A DNA stretch of 64,000 nucleotides, from positions 2,651 through 66,650 of the forward strand of contig CAMATZ010000034.1 of assembly GCA_945861275.1 (NCBI GenBank), written 5' to 3'. The notes below the pieces were generated by a model, which was not told the DNA's origin, ran no database searches, and saw nothing but the letters and a program-made list of their open reading frames with translations. This DNA comes from Bordetella parapertussis. Lineage in GTDB: Bacteria; Pseudomonadota; Gammaproteobacteria; Burkholderiales; SG8-41. Numbering within the stretch: the first letter of the stretch is position 1; each line of letters opens with the position of its first letter. The position numbers and the translations under genes are program-made. This document shows positions 37,498-47,709 of this stretch, one piece after another.

Positions 37498-38328
37498 TCA
37501 GCGCCCCAGATAAACTTCGATCACGCGCGGATCGTTTTGTACTTCGTTCATTGCCCCTTCTGCGATCACGCTGCCTTCGTGCAACACGGTCACCTTGCGT
37601 GCGATTTTTTCGACAAAAGCCATATCGTGCTCCACCACCACCAGCGAATGTTTTCCCGCCAGCGTGAGTATCAATTCGGCGGTGCGTTCGGTTTCCTCAT
37701 CGCTCATGCCCGCTACCGGTTCGTCGAGCAACAGCAACTTCGGTTCCTGCATCAACAGCATGCCGATTTCGAGCCACTGCTTTTGCCCATGCGACAGCAA
37801 GCCCGCGACGCGCTGCGCGCTATCCGTTAAGCGTATCAAGGTGAGCATCTCGGCGATGCGATCACGTTCAGCACCAGACAGCCGCGCGAACAGCGTCTTG
37901 ATTACGCGTTTGTCGGCTTTCATCGCCAGTTCCAGATTCTCGAACACCGTGTGCTGCTCGAAGATGGTCGGCTTCTGGAACTTGCGGCCGATGCCCGCCT
38001 GCGCGATTTCCACCTCGGAGTATTTTTTTAAATCAATGGTTTGTCCAAAGAACGCGGTGCCGGCGTCAGGCCGCGTCTTGCCGGTGATTACGTCCATCAT
38101 GGTGGTTTTGCCGGCACCGTTGGGGCCGATGACGCAACGCAGTTCGCCCGCGTCGATAGCCAGCGACAGATTGTTGAGCGCCTTGAATCCATCAAAACTC
38201 ACGCTGATACTGTCGAGATAGAGCACCACGCCGTGCGAAATGTCGAGTTGTCCCGGCACCACCGCATGCGTGTATGGCGTGGACGCTTCGTCGTCGGCGC
38301 GCGGCGGCAGTGTGGTGGCGCTGCTCAT
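37498..38328 (-). CDS. urtD: Urea ABC transporter ATP-binding protein
   Basis: GPNGAGKTT and LSHGQKQWLEIGML motifs. Confidence 0.9.
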   Translation of the reverse strand: MSSATTLPPRADDEASTPYTHAVVPGQLDISHGVVLYLDSISVSFDGFKALNNLSLAIDAGELRCVIGPNGAGKTTMMDVITGKTRPDAGTAFFGQTIDLKKYSEVEIAQAGIGRKFQKPTIFEQHTVFENLELAMKADKRVIKTLFARLSGAERDRIAEMLTLIRLTDSAQRVAGLLSHGQKQWLEIGMLLMQEPKLLLLDEPVAGMSDEETERTAELILTLAGKHSLVVVEHDMAFVEKIARKVTVLHEGSVIAEGAMNEVQNDPRVIEVYLGR

Positions 38329-39443
38329 TTTACGGAACGACCCCGGGCGATATTGCCAAATTTGTTCAGCAAGCCGACGATGCCCTGCGGTATGAACAAG
38401 GTCACCAATATGAACAACAGGCCCAGCACGTACAACCAGTATTCGGGAAATGCCTGCGTGAAAAAACTTTTTGCGCCGTTGACCACGCCGGCGCCGACGA
38501 TCGCGCCGGTGAGGGTGCCGCGTCCGCCCACCGCAACCCAGATGGCGATTTCAATGGAGTTGGCCGGCGACATTTCACCGGGATTGATGATGCCGACCTG
38601 CGTCACGTAGAGCGCACCGGCGATACCGCACAGCACCGCCGACAAGGTCCAGATGAACAGTTTGTAGTGCAGCGTGTTGTAGCCGCAGAACATTACGCGC
38701 TGCTCCGCGTCGCGTATCGCGGCGAGTACGCGCCCGAACCTGGATGTCACCAGGTAACGACCCAACAACAGTGTGCCGAGCAACACTGCGCCGCTTAAGG
38801 TGAACAACACCATTCTGGTTTCCGCTGTGGTGATGGAGTAGCCGAGTATGCGTTTGAAATCGGTGAAACCGTTGTTGCCACCGAAGCCGGTTTCATTGCG
38901 GAAAAACAGCAGCATGGCGGCAAAGGTCAGTGCCTGCGTGATGATCGAAAAATACACGCCTTTGATGCGCGAGCGAAACGCGAAGTAGCCGAACACATAC
39001 GCCAGCAAGCCCGGCACTGCCACTGCCAGCAACAATGCCCACGCAAAGTGATCGGTGTTCCACCACTGCCATGGAAATTCCTTCCAGTCGAGGAACACCA
39101 TGAAATCGGGCAACTCGGCGCGATACTGGCCGTCGCGGCCGATCTGGCGCATCAGATACATGCCCATGCCATAGCCACCCAGCGCAAAAAACAGCCCGTG
39201 GCCCAGCGACAGTATGCCGCAATAGCCCCAGATCAAATCCATCGCCAACGCCACGATGGCATAACACATGATCTTGCCGATCAGCGTGATCCAGTACGCC
39301 GACACATGGAACGTGCTGTCCGCGGGCAAGGCCAGATTCAACAGCGGAAACACCACGAACAACACGAAGCCAATCACGCCGAGCACAGCCCAGCCCGCAG
39401 CGCCGTAGAGGCGCGTAAAAGTGGTTGCGAGCGGACCGATCAC
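38325..39443 (-). CDS. urtC: Urea ABC transporter permease
   Basis: The real start is most likely GTG 39443, overlapping the urtB stop (GTGA): VIGPLATTFTRLYGAAGWAVLG.... The 607-aa ORF-track extension lies inside urtB in another frame. Confidence 0.8.
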   Translation of the reverse strand: MIGPLATTFTRLYGAAGWAVLGVIGFVLFVVFPLLNLALPADSTFHVSAYWITLIGKIMCYAIVALAMDLIWGYCGILSLGHGLFFALGGYGMGMYLMRQIGRDGQYRAELPDFMVFLDWKEFPWQWWNTDHFAWALLLAVAVPGLLAYVFGYFAFRSRIKGVYFSIITQALTFAAMLLFFRNETGFGGNNGFTDFKRILGYSITTAETRMVLFTLSGAVLLGTLLLGRYLVTSRFGRVLAAIRDAEQRVMFCGYNTLHYKLFIWTLSAVLCGIAGALYVTQVGIINPGEMSPANSIEIAIWVAVGGRGTLTGAIVGAGVVNGAKSFFTQAFPEYWLYVLGLLFILVTLFIPQGIVGLLNKFGNIARGRSVK

Positions 39444-41014
39444 GTTTCCACCGAGCGCCCCTTCAGCGCGAACATGCCCTGCGGACGTTTCTGGATGAAG
39501 ATGATAATGAACACCAGCACCGCGATTTTTGCGAGTACTGCACCCGACCACGATTCGAGCAATTTGTTGGCGAAGCCCAGTCCCAGCGCGGCGTACACCG
39601 TGCCCGCCAGTTGTCCCACGCCGCCCAGCACCACCACCATGAACGAATCGACGATGTACGCTTGCCCCAAATCCGGGCCCACATTGCCAATCTGCGACAA
39701 GGCGCAGCCGGCCAGCCCGGCGATGCCCGAACCGAGGCCGAACGCCAGCATGTCCACGCGTGCCGTGGGCACGCCTACGCACGAGGCCATCGCCCGGTTT
39801 TGCGTGACGCCACGCACAAACAAGCCCAGCCGCGTGCGCGTCAGCAACAACCACACGCCGGTGACCACCGCAGCAGCGAACAAGACGATGACGATACGGC
39901 TCCACGGCAGCACCACGTTCGCCAGCACGTCGATGCCGCCTGACATGAATGCAGGGTTTTCCACTTGCACGTTTTGCGCGCCGAAGATCGTGCGCACCGC
40001 TTGTATCAACACCAGGCTGATGCCCCAGGTGGCGAGCAGCGTTTCCAATGGGCGGCCGTACAACCAGCGGATCACCAAGCGTTCCAGCGCCATGCCCACC
40101 AGCGCCGCTGCCAGGAACGATACCGGCACCGCGCACAGCAGATACCAATCAAATGCCGCGGGCAGGTGCGCCCGGAACAGGTTTTGCACCACAAACGTTG
40201 TATAAGCGCCGATCATCATCAGTTCGCCGTGCGCCATGTTGATGACGCCCATCAATCCATACGTAATCGCCAGCCCCAGCGCCGCCAGCAGCAGAATTGA
40301 ACCGAGGCTCACGCCGGCGAATAGCAGTCCCGCGCGCTGCCCCCACACCAGGCGGCCCTCAATCTGCTTCAGGCTGGTCTGCGCCTCGCTGCGCACATCG
40401 GCATCGGCTTCACTCTCCAGCACCGACAACAACAAGCTCTTGGCATTGCCATCACCGGATTGCCCCAGCGTGCGCACCGCAGCCAGGCGCGTTTTTACGT
40501 CACCGCTCTTGAGTTGCAGGGTCGCGGCTATGAATTCCAGCAGCGCGCGGATGGCGGGATCCTCTTCCTTGGCGAGCGCTTTTTTCACCAGCGGCAATGC
40601 GGCTGCGTCGACAGCACCTGCCAGTTCTTTCGCCGCGGAGAAGCGTGTGGCGCGCTCAGGAGAAACCAGTTTCAGTGCCGCGAGCGCACCCTGCACCGCG
40701 CCGCGCAAGCGGTTGTTAGCAACGATATCTTCGCGATCGGCGGGCAGGGCCGCGAGTTTTTCGCCGGTGATGGCGTCGCTGGCCTCAGCACCTTTGACGA
40801 TGAGTATGCGCTTGCCGGCGATTTGCAGTTCGCCCGCGCCGAGTGCGCCGAGAATTTCGGCTGCGCGCGGATCACCTTCCGTCACCAAGGCGCTAATCGC
40901 CGCTATGCGCTCATCGCCGTCGCCGAAGGCGAGTTTTTCCACCGCTGCGCGGTCGAGCGCCGCAGCGGGAAACGACAGGCACAAGAAGCACGCCAACAGC
41001 ACGCGCGTCAGCAT
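39440..41014 (-). CDS. urtB: Urea ABC transporter permease with N-terminal periplasmic extension
   Basis: A branched-chain-type permease core preceded by a ~230-aa extension. ATG 41014 (MLTRVLLACF...) is preferred because the ATG at 41047 abuts the T-run of the upstream hairpin and has no Shine-Dalgarno sequence. Confidence 0.8.
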   Translation of the reverse strand: MLTRVLLACFLCLSFPAAALDRAAVEKLAFGDGDERIAAISALVTEGDPRAAEILGALGAGELQIAGKRILIVKGAEASDAITGEKLAALPADREDIVANNRLRGAVQGALAALKLVSPERATRFSAAKELAGAVDAAALPLVKKALAKEEDPAIRALLEFIAATLQLKSGDVKTRLAAVRTLGQSGDGNAKSLLLSVLESEADADVRSEAQTSLKQIEGRLVWGQRAGLLFAGVSLGSILLLAALGLAITYGLMGVINMAHGELMMIGAYTTFVVQNLFRAHLPAAFDWYLLCAVPVSFLAAALVGMALERLVIRWLYGRPLETLLATWGISLVLIQAVRTIFGAQNVQVENPAFMSGGIDVLANVVLPWSRIVIVLFAAAVVTGVWLLLTRTRLGLFVRGVTQNRAMASCVGVPTARVDMLAFGLGSGIAGLAGCALSQIGNVGPDLGQAYIVDSFMVVVLGGVGQLAGTVYAALGLGFANKLLESWSGAVLAKIAVLVFIIIFIQKRPQGMFALKGRSVET

Positions 41015-41045
41015 CAGCTCGGACCTTAGGGTGAAATAGCCGCGC

Positions 41046-41085
41046 ATAAAAAGGGGGCCGTGTAACTCCTCACAGCCCCCTTTTA
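41046..41085 (-). terminator. Intra-operon terminator/attenuator hairpin after urtA
   Basis: The minus strand reads AAAAGGGGGC-N16-GCCCCCTTTTT. A second hairpin, GGCGGCGGAG-N7-CTCCGCCGC (41090..41115), precedes it. Confidence 0.5.
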
Positions 41086-41144
41086 ATGCGCGGCGGAGAA
41101 ACGCGCTCCGCCGCCGGCATTACACGTGCAGTCTCTGTTTTATT

Positions 41145-42446
41145 TTACTTCTTTTTTTCGGCCATCAATGCAGGTTCATCTTTTTTCTTGTCGTTACCGG
41201 GGATGTACGGGCTCCACGGCTGGGCTTTCACCGGGCCCTTGGTTTTCCATACCACGTTAAATTGACCGTCCGCCTTGATTTCGCCGATGAACACGGCTTT
41301 GTGCAGGTGGTGATTCTTTTCATCCATCTTGGACATAATGCCCGACGGCGCGGTGAAGGTTTGTCCGCCCATCGCGGCGCTTACCTTGGCGACATCAAAC
41401 GTTTTGGCTTTTTCAACCGCCTGTTTCCACATATAGATACCGATGTAAGTGGCTTCCATCGGATCGTTGGTCAGCGGTTTGTCTTTGTGTCCGGCTAAGT
41501 TCTTCGCTTTCGCATAGGCAGCCCACTTTTTGGTGAACGCGTCGTTCGCCGGTGATTTGATGGTCATGAAGTAATTCCATGCCGCAAGGTGGCCTACCAG
41601 CGGCTTGGTATCGACGCCGCGCAGTTCTTCTTCGCCCACCGAGAACGCCACCACCGGCACGTCGGTCGCCTTCAAGCCCTGATTGCCAAGTTCTTTATAG
41701 AACGGCACGTTGGAATCGCCATTGATGGTTGAAACCACTGCGGTCTTGCCGCCGGCAGAGAATTTCTTCACGTCCGCGACTATGGTTTGATAATCGCTGT
41801 GACCGAACGGCGTGTATTTTTCATCGATATCTTTATCGGCGACACCTTTCGATTTGAGGAATGCGCGCAGAATTTTATTGGTGGTGCGCGGGTAAACGTA
41901 GTCCGTGCCGAGCAGCACCCAGCGCTTGGCGCCGCCGCCTTCCTTGCTCATCAGATATTCCACCGCCGGTATCGCCTGCTGATTGGGCGCGGCGCCGGTG
42001 TAGAACACGTTGCGGGAAATTTCTTCGCCCTCGTACTGCACCGGGTAGAACAGCAGGTTGTTTAGTTCCTCGAACACCGGCAGCACCGATTTACGCGATA
42101 CCGAAGTCCAGCAGCCAAACACGACGGCGACTTTATCCTGCGTAATCAACTGGCGCGCCTTTTCCGCGAACAAAGGCCAGTTGGAGGCCGGATCGACCAC
42201 CACCGGTTCGATCTTCATGCCCATCACGCCGCCCTTGGCGTTGATTTCCTCAAACGCCATCAGCGCGACATCTTTCAGCACGGTTTCGCTGATGGCCATG
42301 GTACCGGACAGCGAATGCAGGACGCCAACCTTGACTGTTTTAGCTTGCGCGTAAGCGTCAGGCGCGTGGATGCCAACAGCAGCGGCGATCGCCAGCGTAC
42401 TGGCCAACGCTGAAAAGCGTTTTAAAAATGCTCTACGATAAGACAT
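41145..42446 (-). CDS. urtA: Urea ABC transporter substrate-binding protein
   Basis: Signal peptide, then AKTVKVGVLHSLSGTMAISE...; LivJ-fold UrtA family, in urt gene order. Confidence 0.9.
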   Translation of the reverse strand: MSYRRAFLKRFSALASTLAIAAAVGIHAPDAYAQAKTVKVGVLHSLSGTMAISETVLKDVALMAFEEINAKGGVMGMKIEPVVVDPASNWPLFAEKARQLITQDKVAVVFGCWTSVSRKSVLPVFEELNNLLFYPVQYEGEEISRNVFYTGAAPNQQAIPAVEYLMSKEGGGAKRWVLLGTDYVYPRTTNKILRAFLKSKGVADKDIDEKYTPFGHSDYQTIVADVKKFSAGGKTAVVSTINGDSNVPFYKELGNQGLKATDVPVVAFSVGEEELRGVDTKPLVGHLAAWNYFMTIKSPANDAFTKKWAAYAKAKNLAGHKDKPLTNDPMEATYIGIYMWKQAVEKAKTFDVAKVSAAMGGQTFTAPSGIMSKMDEKNHHLHKAVFIGEIKADGQFNVVWKTKGPVKAQPWSPYIPGNDKKKDEPALMAEKKK

Positions 42447-42504
42447 GATTGCAGCCCCTTTAAGTTGATTAAGGTAGTTTAAAAATTGCCTTCAGAGTGC
42501 TCAA

Positions 42505-42520
42505 AGCATGATCCGTACCA
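42505..42520 (-). promoter_or_regulatory. Sigma-54 (-24/-12) promoter of urtA
   Basis: The minus strand reads TGGTACGGATCATGCT. The GG and GC are 12 nt apart, as in TGGCAC-N5-TTGCW. It lies about 60 nt upstream of the urtA ATG. Confidence 0.6.
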
Positions 42521-42725
42521 GGTCGCACCAAGCCAGCGCGTTGCAGGCTATTACGGGTAAAATACTGTGATTTTACCTTGTTCAGACCGTGCTAACGCCC
42601 AAAGTCGGTGCGTTACTATTAATTATTGTATTTAAATGGTGCATTATCTGATTTTACTGTAGGGTATTGGCACTTATGTTTGTGCTTGCGGTCTTTAAAA
42701 TTACAATCACCGTGGAGGAGAAATC

Positions 42726-43748
42726 ATGACCCGTTCAAAACCAAGAACTGTGCTGGCGGCTCTATTCGTTATTGGTGTTGCAGGCGCTGCATCTTTTTCT
42801 CACGCGGCAGCGTGGGAGCCTACCAAGTCGGTGGAGTTCGTGATACCGGCAGGCACCGGTGGCGGCGCCGATCAAATGGCGCGGCTGATACAGGGTATTG
42901 TCATCAAGCATAACTTGATGAAGCAGTCGATCATTCCTGTCAACAAATCCGCTGGTGCGGGCGCGGAAGGCTTTCTCGCGGTTAAAGAGGCCAAGGGCGA
43001 TCCGCACAAAATCATCATCACGCTATCGAATCTGTTTACCACGCCGCTGGCGACGGGCGTGCCGTTCAACTGGAAAGACATGACGCCGGTGGCGATGCTG
43101 GCGCTCGACCAATTCGTGCTGTGGGTCAACGCCGAATCGCCGCACAAGACTGCGAAGGAGTTCATCGCCGCAGCGAAAGCGGCCTCAACGGATCCGCAAA
43201 AGCGCTTCAAGATGGGCGGTACCGGCTCCAAGCAGGAAGACCAGATCATCACCGTAAGTCTGGAGAAGGCCACCGGCTCCAAATTCACCTATCTGCCGTT
43301 CAAGGGCGGCGGTGACGTGGCGGTGCAACTGGTTGGCAAGCATATCGATTCGACGGTGAACAACCCGATTGAAGCCGTTGCACAATGGCGCGCCGGAACG
43401 CTGCGGCCACTATGCGTGTTTGACGACACGCGCATGCCGTACAAAAACAAAGTCACCGCCACCATGTCGTGGTATGACATTCCTACCTGCGCTGAAGCCG
43501 GTGTTCCGACCGACTACCTGATGCTGCGTGGTATTTTCATGCCGGGTGGCGTGACCGCCGATCAGGTCAACTTCTATGTCGAACTGTTCAAGAAAGTGCG
43601 CGAGACACCGGAATGGAAAAAATTCATGGAAGACGGCGCGTTTAACACCACCTTCATGGCGGGCAAGGAGTACGCTTCGTGGGTGGCGAAGAACGAGGCG
43701 CTGCACCGCGATCTGATGAAGGAAGCCGGCTTCCTGGCGAAGCCTTGA
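42726..43748 (+). CDS. tctC: Tripartite tricarboxylate transporter (TTT) substrate-binding protein
   Basis: Signal peptide, VEFVIPAGTGGGADQMARL..., followed by tctB and tctA. Confidence 0.8.
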   Translation: MTRSKPRTVLAALFVIGVAGAASFSHAAAWEPTKSVEFVIPAGTGGGADQMARLIQGIVIKHNLMKQSIIPVNKSAGAGAEGFLAVKEAKGDPHKIIITLSNLFTTPLATGVPFNWKDMTPVAMLALDQFVLWVNAESPHKTAKEFIAAAKAASTDPQKRFKMGGTGSKQEDQIITVSLEKATGSKFTYLPFKGGGDVAVQLVGKHIDSTVNNPIEAVAQWRAGTLRPLCVFDDTRMPYKNKVTATMSWYDIPTCAEAGVPTDYLMLRGIFMPGGVTADQVNFYVELFKKVRETPEWKKFMEDGAFNTTFMAGKEYASWVAKNEALHRDLMKEAGFLAKP

Positions 43749-43794
43749 TTTCGTTAATCGCATACAGCGGGGCTGCGGCCCCGCTTTTTCTGTT

Positions 43795-44319
43795 ATGAAC
43801 CCTGAACCAGAAGAAAATACCGCGGATGCGCGTGCCGTCATAGGCGTGCGCGCGATGGAAATCATCGTCGCCGGCGTACTGCTGGCGTTTGGCGCAACCA
43901 TCGCCATTGCCAGTTACCGGCTGGGCGCCGGCTGGGCGGAAGACGGCCCGCGTGCCGGGTATTTCCCGTTTTATATCGGCTTGATAATTTCGCTATCGAG
44001 CGCGGTGACGCTGCTTCAGGCTTTGCGCAAGCGCAACGCGGATGCCGTTTTCGTCCAACGCGGGCAACTCAAGCTGGTGCTCGCAGTACTCGTGCCCGCG
44101 CTGGGTTACGTGCTGATTATTCAATGGTTCGGCATCTACCTGGCGTCGGCGATCTACGTGGCGGTATTCATGGTGTGGCTGGGTAAATACGCGTGGTGGA
44201 AAGCCGTGCCGATGGGCATCGCGGTCAGCGTCAGCGTATTTGTGATGTTTGAAATCTGGTTTCAGGTGCCATTGCACAAAGGCACGCTGTATAACCCGCT
44301 GGGCATTTTCGGCTACTAA
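43795..44319 (+). CDS. tctB: TTT small membrane subunit
   Basis: A ~170-aa four-TM protein between tctC and tctA. Confidence 0.75.
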   Translation: MNPEPEENTADARAVIGVRAMEIIVAGVLLAFGATIAIASYRLGAGWAEDGPRAGYFPFYIGLIISLSSAVTLLQALRKRNADAVFVQRGQLKLVLAVLVPALGYVLIIQWFGIYLASAIYVAVFMVWLGKYAWWKAVPMGIAVSVSVFVMFEIWFQVPLHKGTLYNPLGIFGY

Positions 44320-44358
44320 CGCCGGCGCACCGGCCCGCAAGAACAACGAGAAAACAGC

Positions 44359-45843
44359 TTGGAAGAAATCAACGCACTATTCCACGGATTTTCTGTGGCG
44401 ATGACCCCGTTTAACCTGTTGCTGATGTTCATCGGCGTCACGCTCGGCGTGGTGATAGGCGTGCTGCCGGGTTTGGGCGGCGCCAACGGCATCGCGATTT
44501 TGCTGCCGCTGACCTTTACCATGCCGCCGACCTCGGCCATCATTATGCTTTCGTGTATTTACTGGGGCGCCTTGTTCGGCGGCGCGATTACGTCTATTTT
44601 ATTTAACATCCCCGGCGAGCCGTGGTCGGTGGCTACCACTTTTGACGGTTATCCGATGGCGCAGCAAGGGCGCGCGGGCGAGGCGTTGACCGCCGCGTTT
44701 ACGTCGTCATTCATCGGCGCGCTTGTAGCGGTGGTGATGATCACCTTCCTGGCACCGCTGGTGGCCAAGTTTGCCCTGAAGTTCGGGCCGCCAGAGTTTT
44801 TTTCGGTGTACTTTCTGACCTTTTGCAGTTTCATCGGCATGGGCAAAGGTTCGCCGTGGAAAACGCTGACCGCGATGATGCTGGGCTTCGCGCTGGCGGC
44901 GGTGGGCATGGATACGGTTACCGGGCAGTTGCGGTTGACCTTCGGTTTCCTGGAGTTGATGCGCGGTTTTGATTTTCTGGTGGCGGTGATTGGGCTTTTT
45001 GGCATCGGCGAAATATTATTGTCGATGGAGGAAGGTTTGTCGTTCTCCGGCAGCAGCGCACGCATCAACTTCAAAGTAGTGGTGGAAACCTGGAAGAAAC
45101 TGCCCAAGTACTGGCTAACCTCTGTCAGAAGCTGCCTCGTCGGCTGCTGGATGGGCATCACGCCGGGCGGCGCCACGCCGGCATCGTTCATGAGCTACGG
45201 CATCGCCAAACGCTTCTCGCGCGACGGCGCGAAATTCGGCACGGGTCAGATCGAAGGCGTGATTGCGCCGGAAACCGCGGCGCACGCGGCCGGCACCTCG
45301 GCGTTGCTGCCGATGTTGGCACTCGGTATTCCCGGTTCGCCCACGGCCGCGGTGTTGCTGGGCGGCCTGCTGATCTGGGGTTTGCAGCCGGGCCCGCTGT
45401 TGTTCGTGGAGAAAAAAGAATTCGTGTGGGGATTGATCGCCAGCATGTATCTGGGGAATCTGGCGGGGCTGATTATTGTACTCACCTGTGTGCCCTTGTT
45501 CGCGGCGATACTGCGCATTCCGTTTTCGATAGTGGCGCCGCTGATTATCGTGATCTGCGCGATCGGCGCGTTCACGGTTCACAATGCCATGCTCGACATC
45601 TGGTTCATGATGCTGTTCGGCGTGATCGGCTATGTGTTCAAGAAACTCGATTACCCGATGGCGCCGATGGTACTGGCGCTGGTGCTGGGGGATCGCGCCG
45701 AAGATTCCTTCCGTCAGTCGATGCTGATTTCGCAGGGAAACCTGAGCGTGTTTTTCACCAACGGACTGGTCGGCACCATCATGACACTGGGCCTGATCAT
45801 GCTGTTCTGGCCGCTGGTGAATAAGCTGCGCGGGAAGGCTTAG
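44359..45843 (+). CDS. tctA: TTT large permease subunit
   Basis: A TTG start gives MEEINALFHGFSVAMTPFNLLLMFIGVTLGVVIGVLPGLGG..., a typical TctA N-terminus. Confidence 0.85.
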   Translation: MEEINALFHGFSVAMTPFNLLLMFIGVTLGVVIGVLPGLGGANGIAILLPLTFTMPPTSAIIMLSCIYWGALFGGAITSILFNIPGEPWSVATTFDGYPMAQQGRAGEALTAAFTSSFIGALVAVVMITFLAPLVAKFALKFGPPEFFSVYFLTFCSFIGMGKGSPWKTLTAMMLGFALAAVGMDTVTGQLRLTFGFLELMRGFDFLVAVIGLFGIGEILLSMEEGLSFSGSSARINFKVVVETWKKLPKYWLTSVRSCLVGCWMGITPGGATPASFMSYGIAKRFSRDGAKFGTGQIEGVIAPETAAHAAGTSALLPMLALGIPGSPTAAVLLGGLLIWGLQPGPLLFVEKKEFVWGLIASMYLGNLAGLIIVLTCVPLFAAILRIPFSIVAPLIIVICAIGAFTVHNAMLDIWFMMLFGVIGYVFKKLDYPMAPMVLALVLGDRAEDSFRQSMLISQGNLSVFFTNGLVGTIMTLGLIMLFWPLVNKLRGKA

Positions 45844-45845
45844 CT

Positions 45846-47582
45846 TTATTTCTTCTTGGCGCTTGTAGGATTCAGGCTGGTGATGCGGCCGCTTTCGGTA
45901 CCGGCGGTTTCATCGATGACAGCATTGACCAGCGTGGGCTTGCGCGAGCGGACGGCTTCTTCCACGGCTTTGCGCAACTCAGCCGGGGTGGTGGCGTGCA
46001 CACCCACGCCGCCGAAGGCCTCCATCAGCTTGTCGTAACGCGCATTTTTTACGAACACAGTGGGCGCCGCGTCCGCGCCGCCGGTTGGATTGACGTCGGT
46101 GCCGCGGTAGACGCCGTTGTTGTTGAAGACCACCACGCACACCGGCAGGTTGTAGCGGCAGATGGTCTCGACTTCCATGCCGGAGAAGCCAAAGGCGCTG
46201 TCGCCTTCCACCGCGATCACCGGCTGGCCGCTGACTACGGCAGCCGCGACGGCAAAACCCATGCCGATGCCCATGATGCCCCAGGTGCCGACGTCCAGAC
46301 GTTTGCGCGGCTTGTACATGTCGACAATGCTGCGCGTGAAGTCGAGCGCGTTGGCGCCTTCGTTGACCAGTATGGCATCCGGGTTGGCCTTGATGATGTC
46401 ACGCATGACATTGAGCGCGCTGTGGTAATTCATCGGTGCGGGATTTTTGGCCAGCGTCTCGGCCAGCTTCGCGATGTTCGTGCTCTTGCGCTGGTCTATG
46501 GCGCCCAGCCAGTCCGCGGACGGCTTGGGCCAATGGCCACCTGCGGTGTTAATGCCGTTAAGCATTGCTGATACGCAGGAGCCGATATCACCGACCACCG
46601 GCGCATCGATGCGCACGTTGCTGTCCGCCTCCTGCGGTGAAATGTCGATCTGGACATATTTTTGGCCACCCCATTCCTTGGGTGATTTGCCGCCCCAGGT
46701 TCTGCCCTTGCCATGCGACAGGAGCCAGTTCAGGCGCGCGCCGATCAGCATCACCACGTCTGCTTCAGGCAGCACATAGGAGCGCGCAGCGGCCGCGGAC
46801 TGTTCGTGCGTGTCGGGCAGCAGGCCCTTGGCCATCGACATCGGCAGGTACGGAATGCCGGTTTTCTCGACCAGTTCGCGGATATCCGCGTCGGCCTGCG
46901 CGTAGGCAGCGCCTTTGCCCAGCACAATCAGCGGACGCTTAGCGTTCTTCAAGAGATCAAGCGCGCGCTGCACGGCGTCCGGCGCCGGAATCTGGCGCGG
47001 CGCCGGATCGACCACTTTGATCAGCGATTTTCTGCCGGCTTCCGCATCCATGCTCTGCGCGAACAGCTTGGCCGGCAGATCGAGGTAGACGCCGCCCGGA
47101 CGGCCGGAGACCGCGGCACGGATGGCGCGCGCGACGCCCACACCGATGTCCTCTGCGTGCAGCACGCGGAAGGCCGCCTTGCACAACGGCTTGGCGATGG
47201 CCAGCTGGTCCATCTCTTCGTAATCGCCCTGTTGCAGATCAACTATCTCGCGCTCGCTGGAGCCGCTGATGAGGATCATCGGGAAGCAGTTGGTGGTGGC
47301 GTTGGTCAGTGCGTTAAGACCGTTGAGGAAACCGGGGGCAGACACTGTGAGGCAGATGCCGGGCTTTTGCGTCATGAAGCCGGCGATGGCGGCGGCGTTG
47401 CCGGCGTTCTGCTCATGGCGAAATGAAATCATGCGTATGCCCTCGGCCTGCGCCATGCGGGTGAGGTCGGTGATGGGGATGCCCGGCAGGCCAAAGATGG
47501 TGTCGATGCCGTTGAGTTTGAGCGCATCGATGAGCAGATGGAATCCGTCGGTCTGTGCGGGTGAGGGTGCGTCAGTTGTCAT
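45846..47582 (-). CDS. oxc: Oxalyl-CoA decarboxylase (TPP-dependent)
   Basis: 578 aa. [29 protein letters not shown]...[13 protein letters not shown]...[15 protein letters not shown].... Confidence 0.9.
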   Translation of the reverse strand: MTTDAPSPAQTDGFHLLIDALKLNGIDTIFGLPGIPITDLTRMAQAEGIRMISFRHEQNAGNAAAIAGFMTQKPGICLTVSAPGFLNGLNALTNATTNCFPMILISGSSEREIVDLQQGDYEEMDQLAIAKPLCKAAFRVLHAEDIGVGVARAIRAAVSGRPGGVYLDLPAKLFAQSMDAEAGRKSLIKVVDPAPRQIPAPDAVQRALDLLKNAKRPLIVLGKGAAYAQADADIRELVEKTGIPYLPMSMAKGLLPDTHEQSAAAARSYVLPEADVVMLIGARLNWLLSHGKGRTWGGKSPKEWGGQKYVQIDISPQEADSNVRIDAPVVGDIGSCVSAMLNGINTAGGHWPKPSADWLGAIDQRKSTNIAKLAETLAKNPAPMNYHSALNVMRDIIKANPDAILVNEGANALDFTRSIVDMYKPRKRLDVGTWGIMGIGMGFAVAAAVVSGQPVIAVEGDSAFGFSGMEVETICRYNLPVCVVVFNNNGVYRGTDVNPTGGADAAPTVFVKNARYDKLMEAFGGVGVHATTPAELRKAVEEAVRSRKPTLVNAVIDETAGTESGRITSLNPTSAKKK

Positions 47583-47636
47583 GGTGAGATGCCTCGTCTA
47601 CTTGCCGTCTGTTGAACGTGTTTTTCACTCGTAAGT

Positions 47637-47679
47637 ATCATAGGGCGCTGGCGGTAAATGTACTCTTGATCCCGGTCAA
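47637..47679 (-). promoter_or_regulatory. Crp/Fnr-type box plus -10 hexamer: class-II-type promoter of oxc
   Basis: The box is TTGATCCCGGTCAA at 47666..47679. On the minus strand, TATGAT (47642..47637) starts 30.5 nt from the box centre. Confidence 0.5.
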
Positions 47680-47709
47680 TTTTGCGACAGGGCGTCCCCA
47701 ATTAAAGTG

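Noticed and set aside
42521-42640. NtrC-type enhancer sites upstream of the urtA sigma-54 promoter
   Set aside because: Only isolated half-sites (GCACCA, TGGTGCA) are present, more than 100 bp apart. No convincing TGCACC-N5-GGTGCA dyad was found, so no feature was called.
42668-42690. TGGCAC...TTGC, a sigma-54-like promoter upstream of tctC
   Set aside because: The GG and GC dinucleotides are 15 to 19 nt apart instead of 12, so the -24/-12 spacing is wrong.
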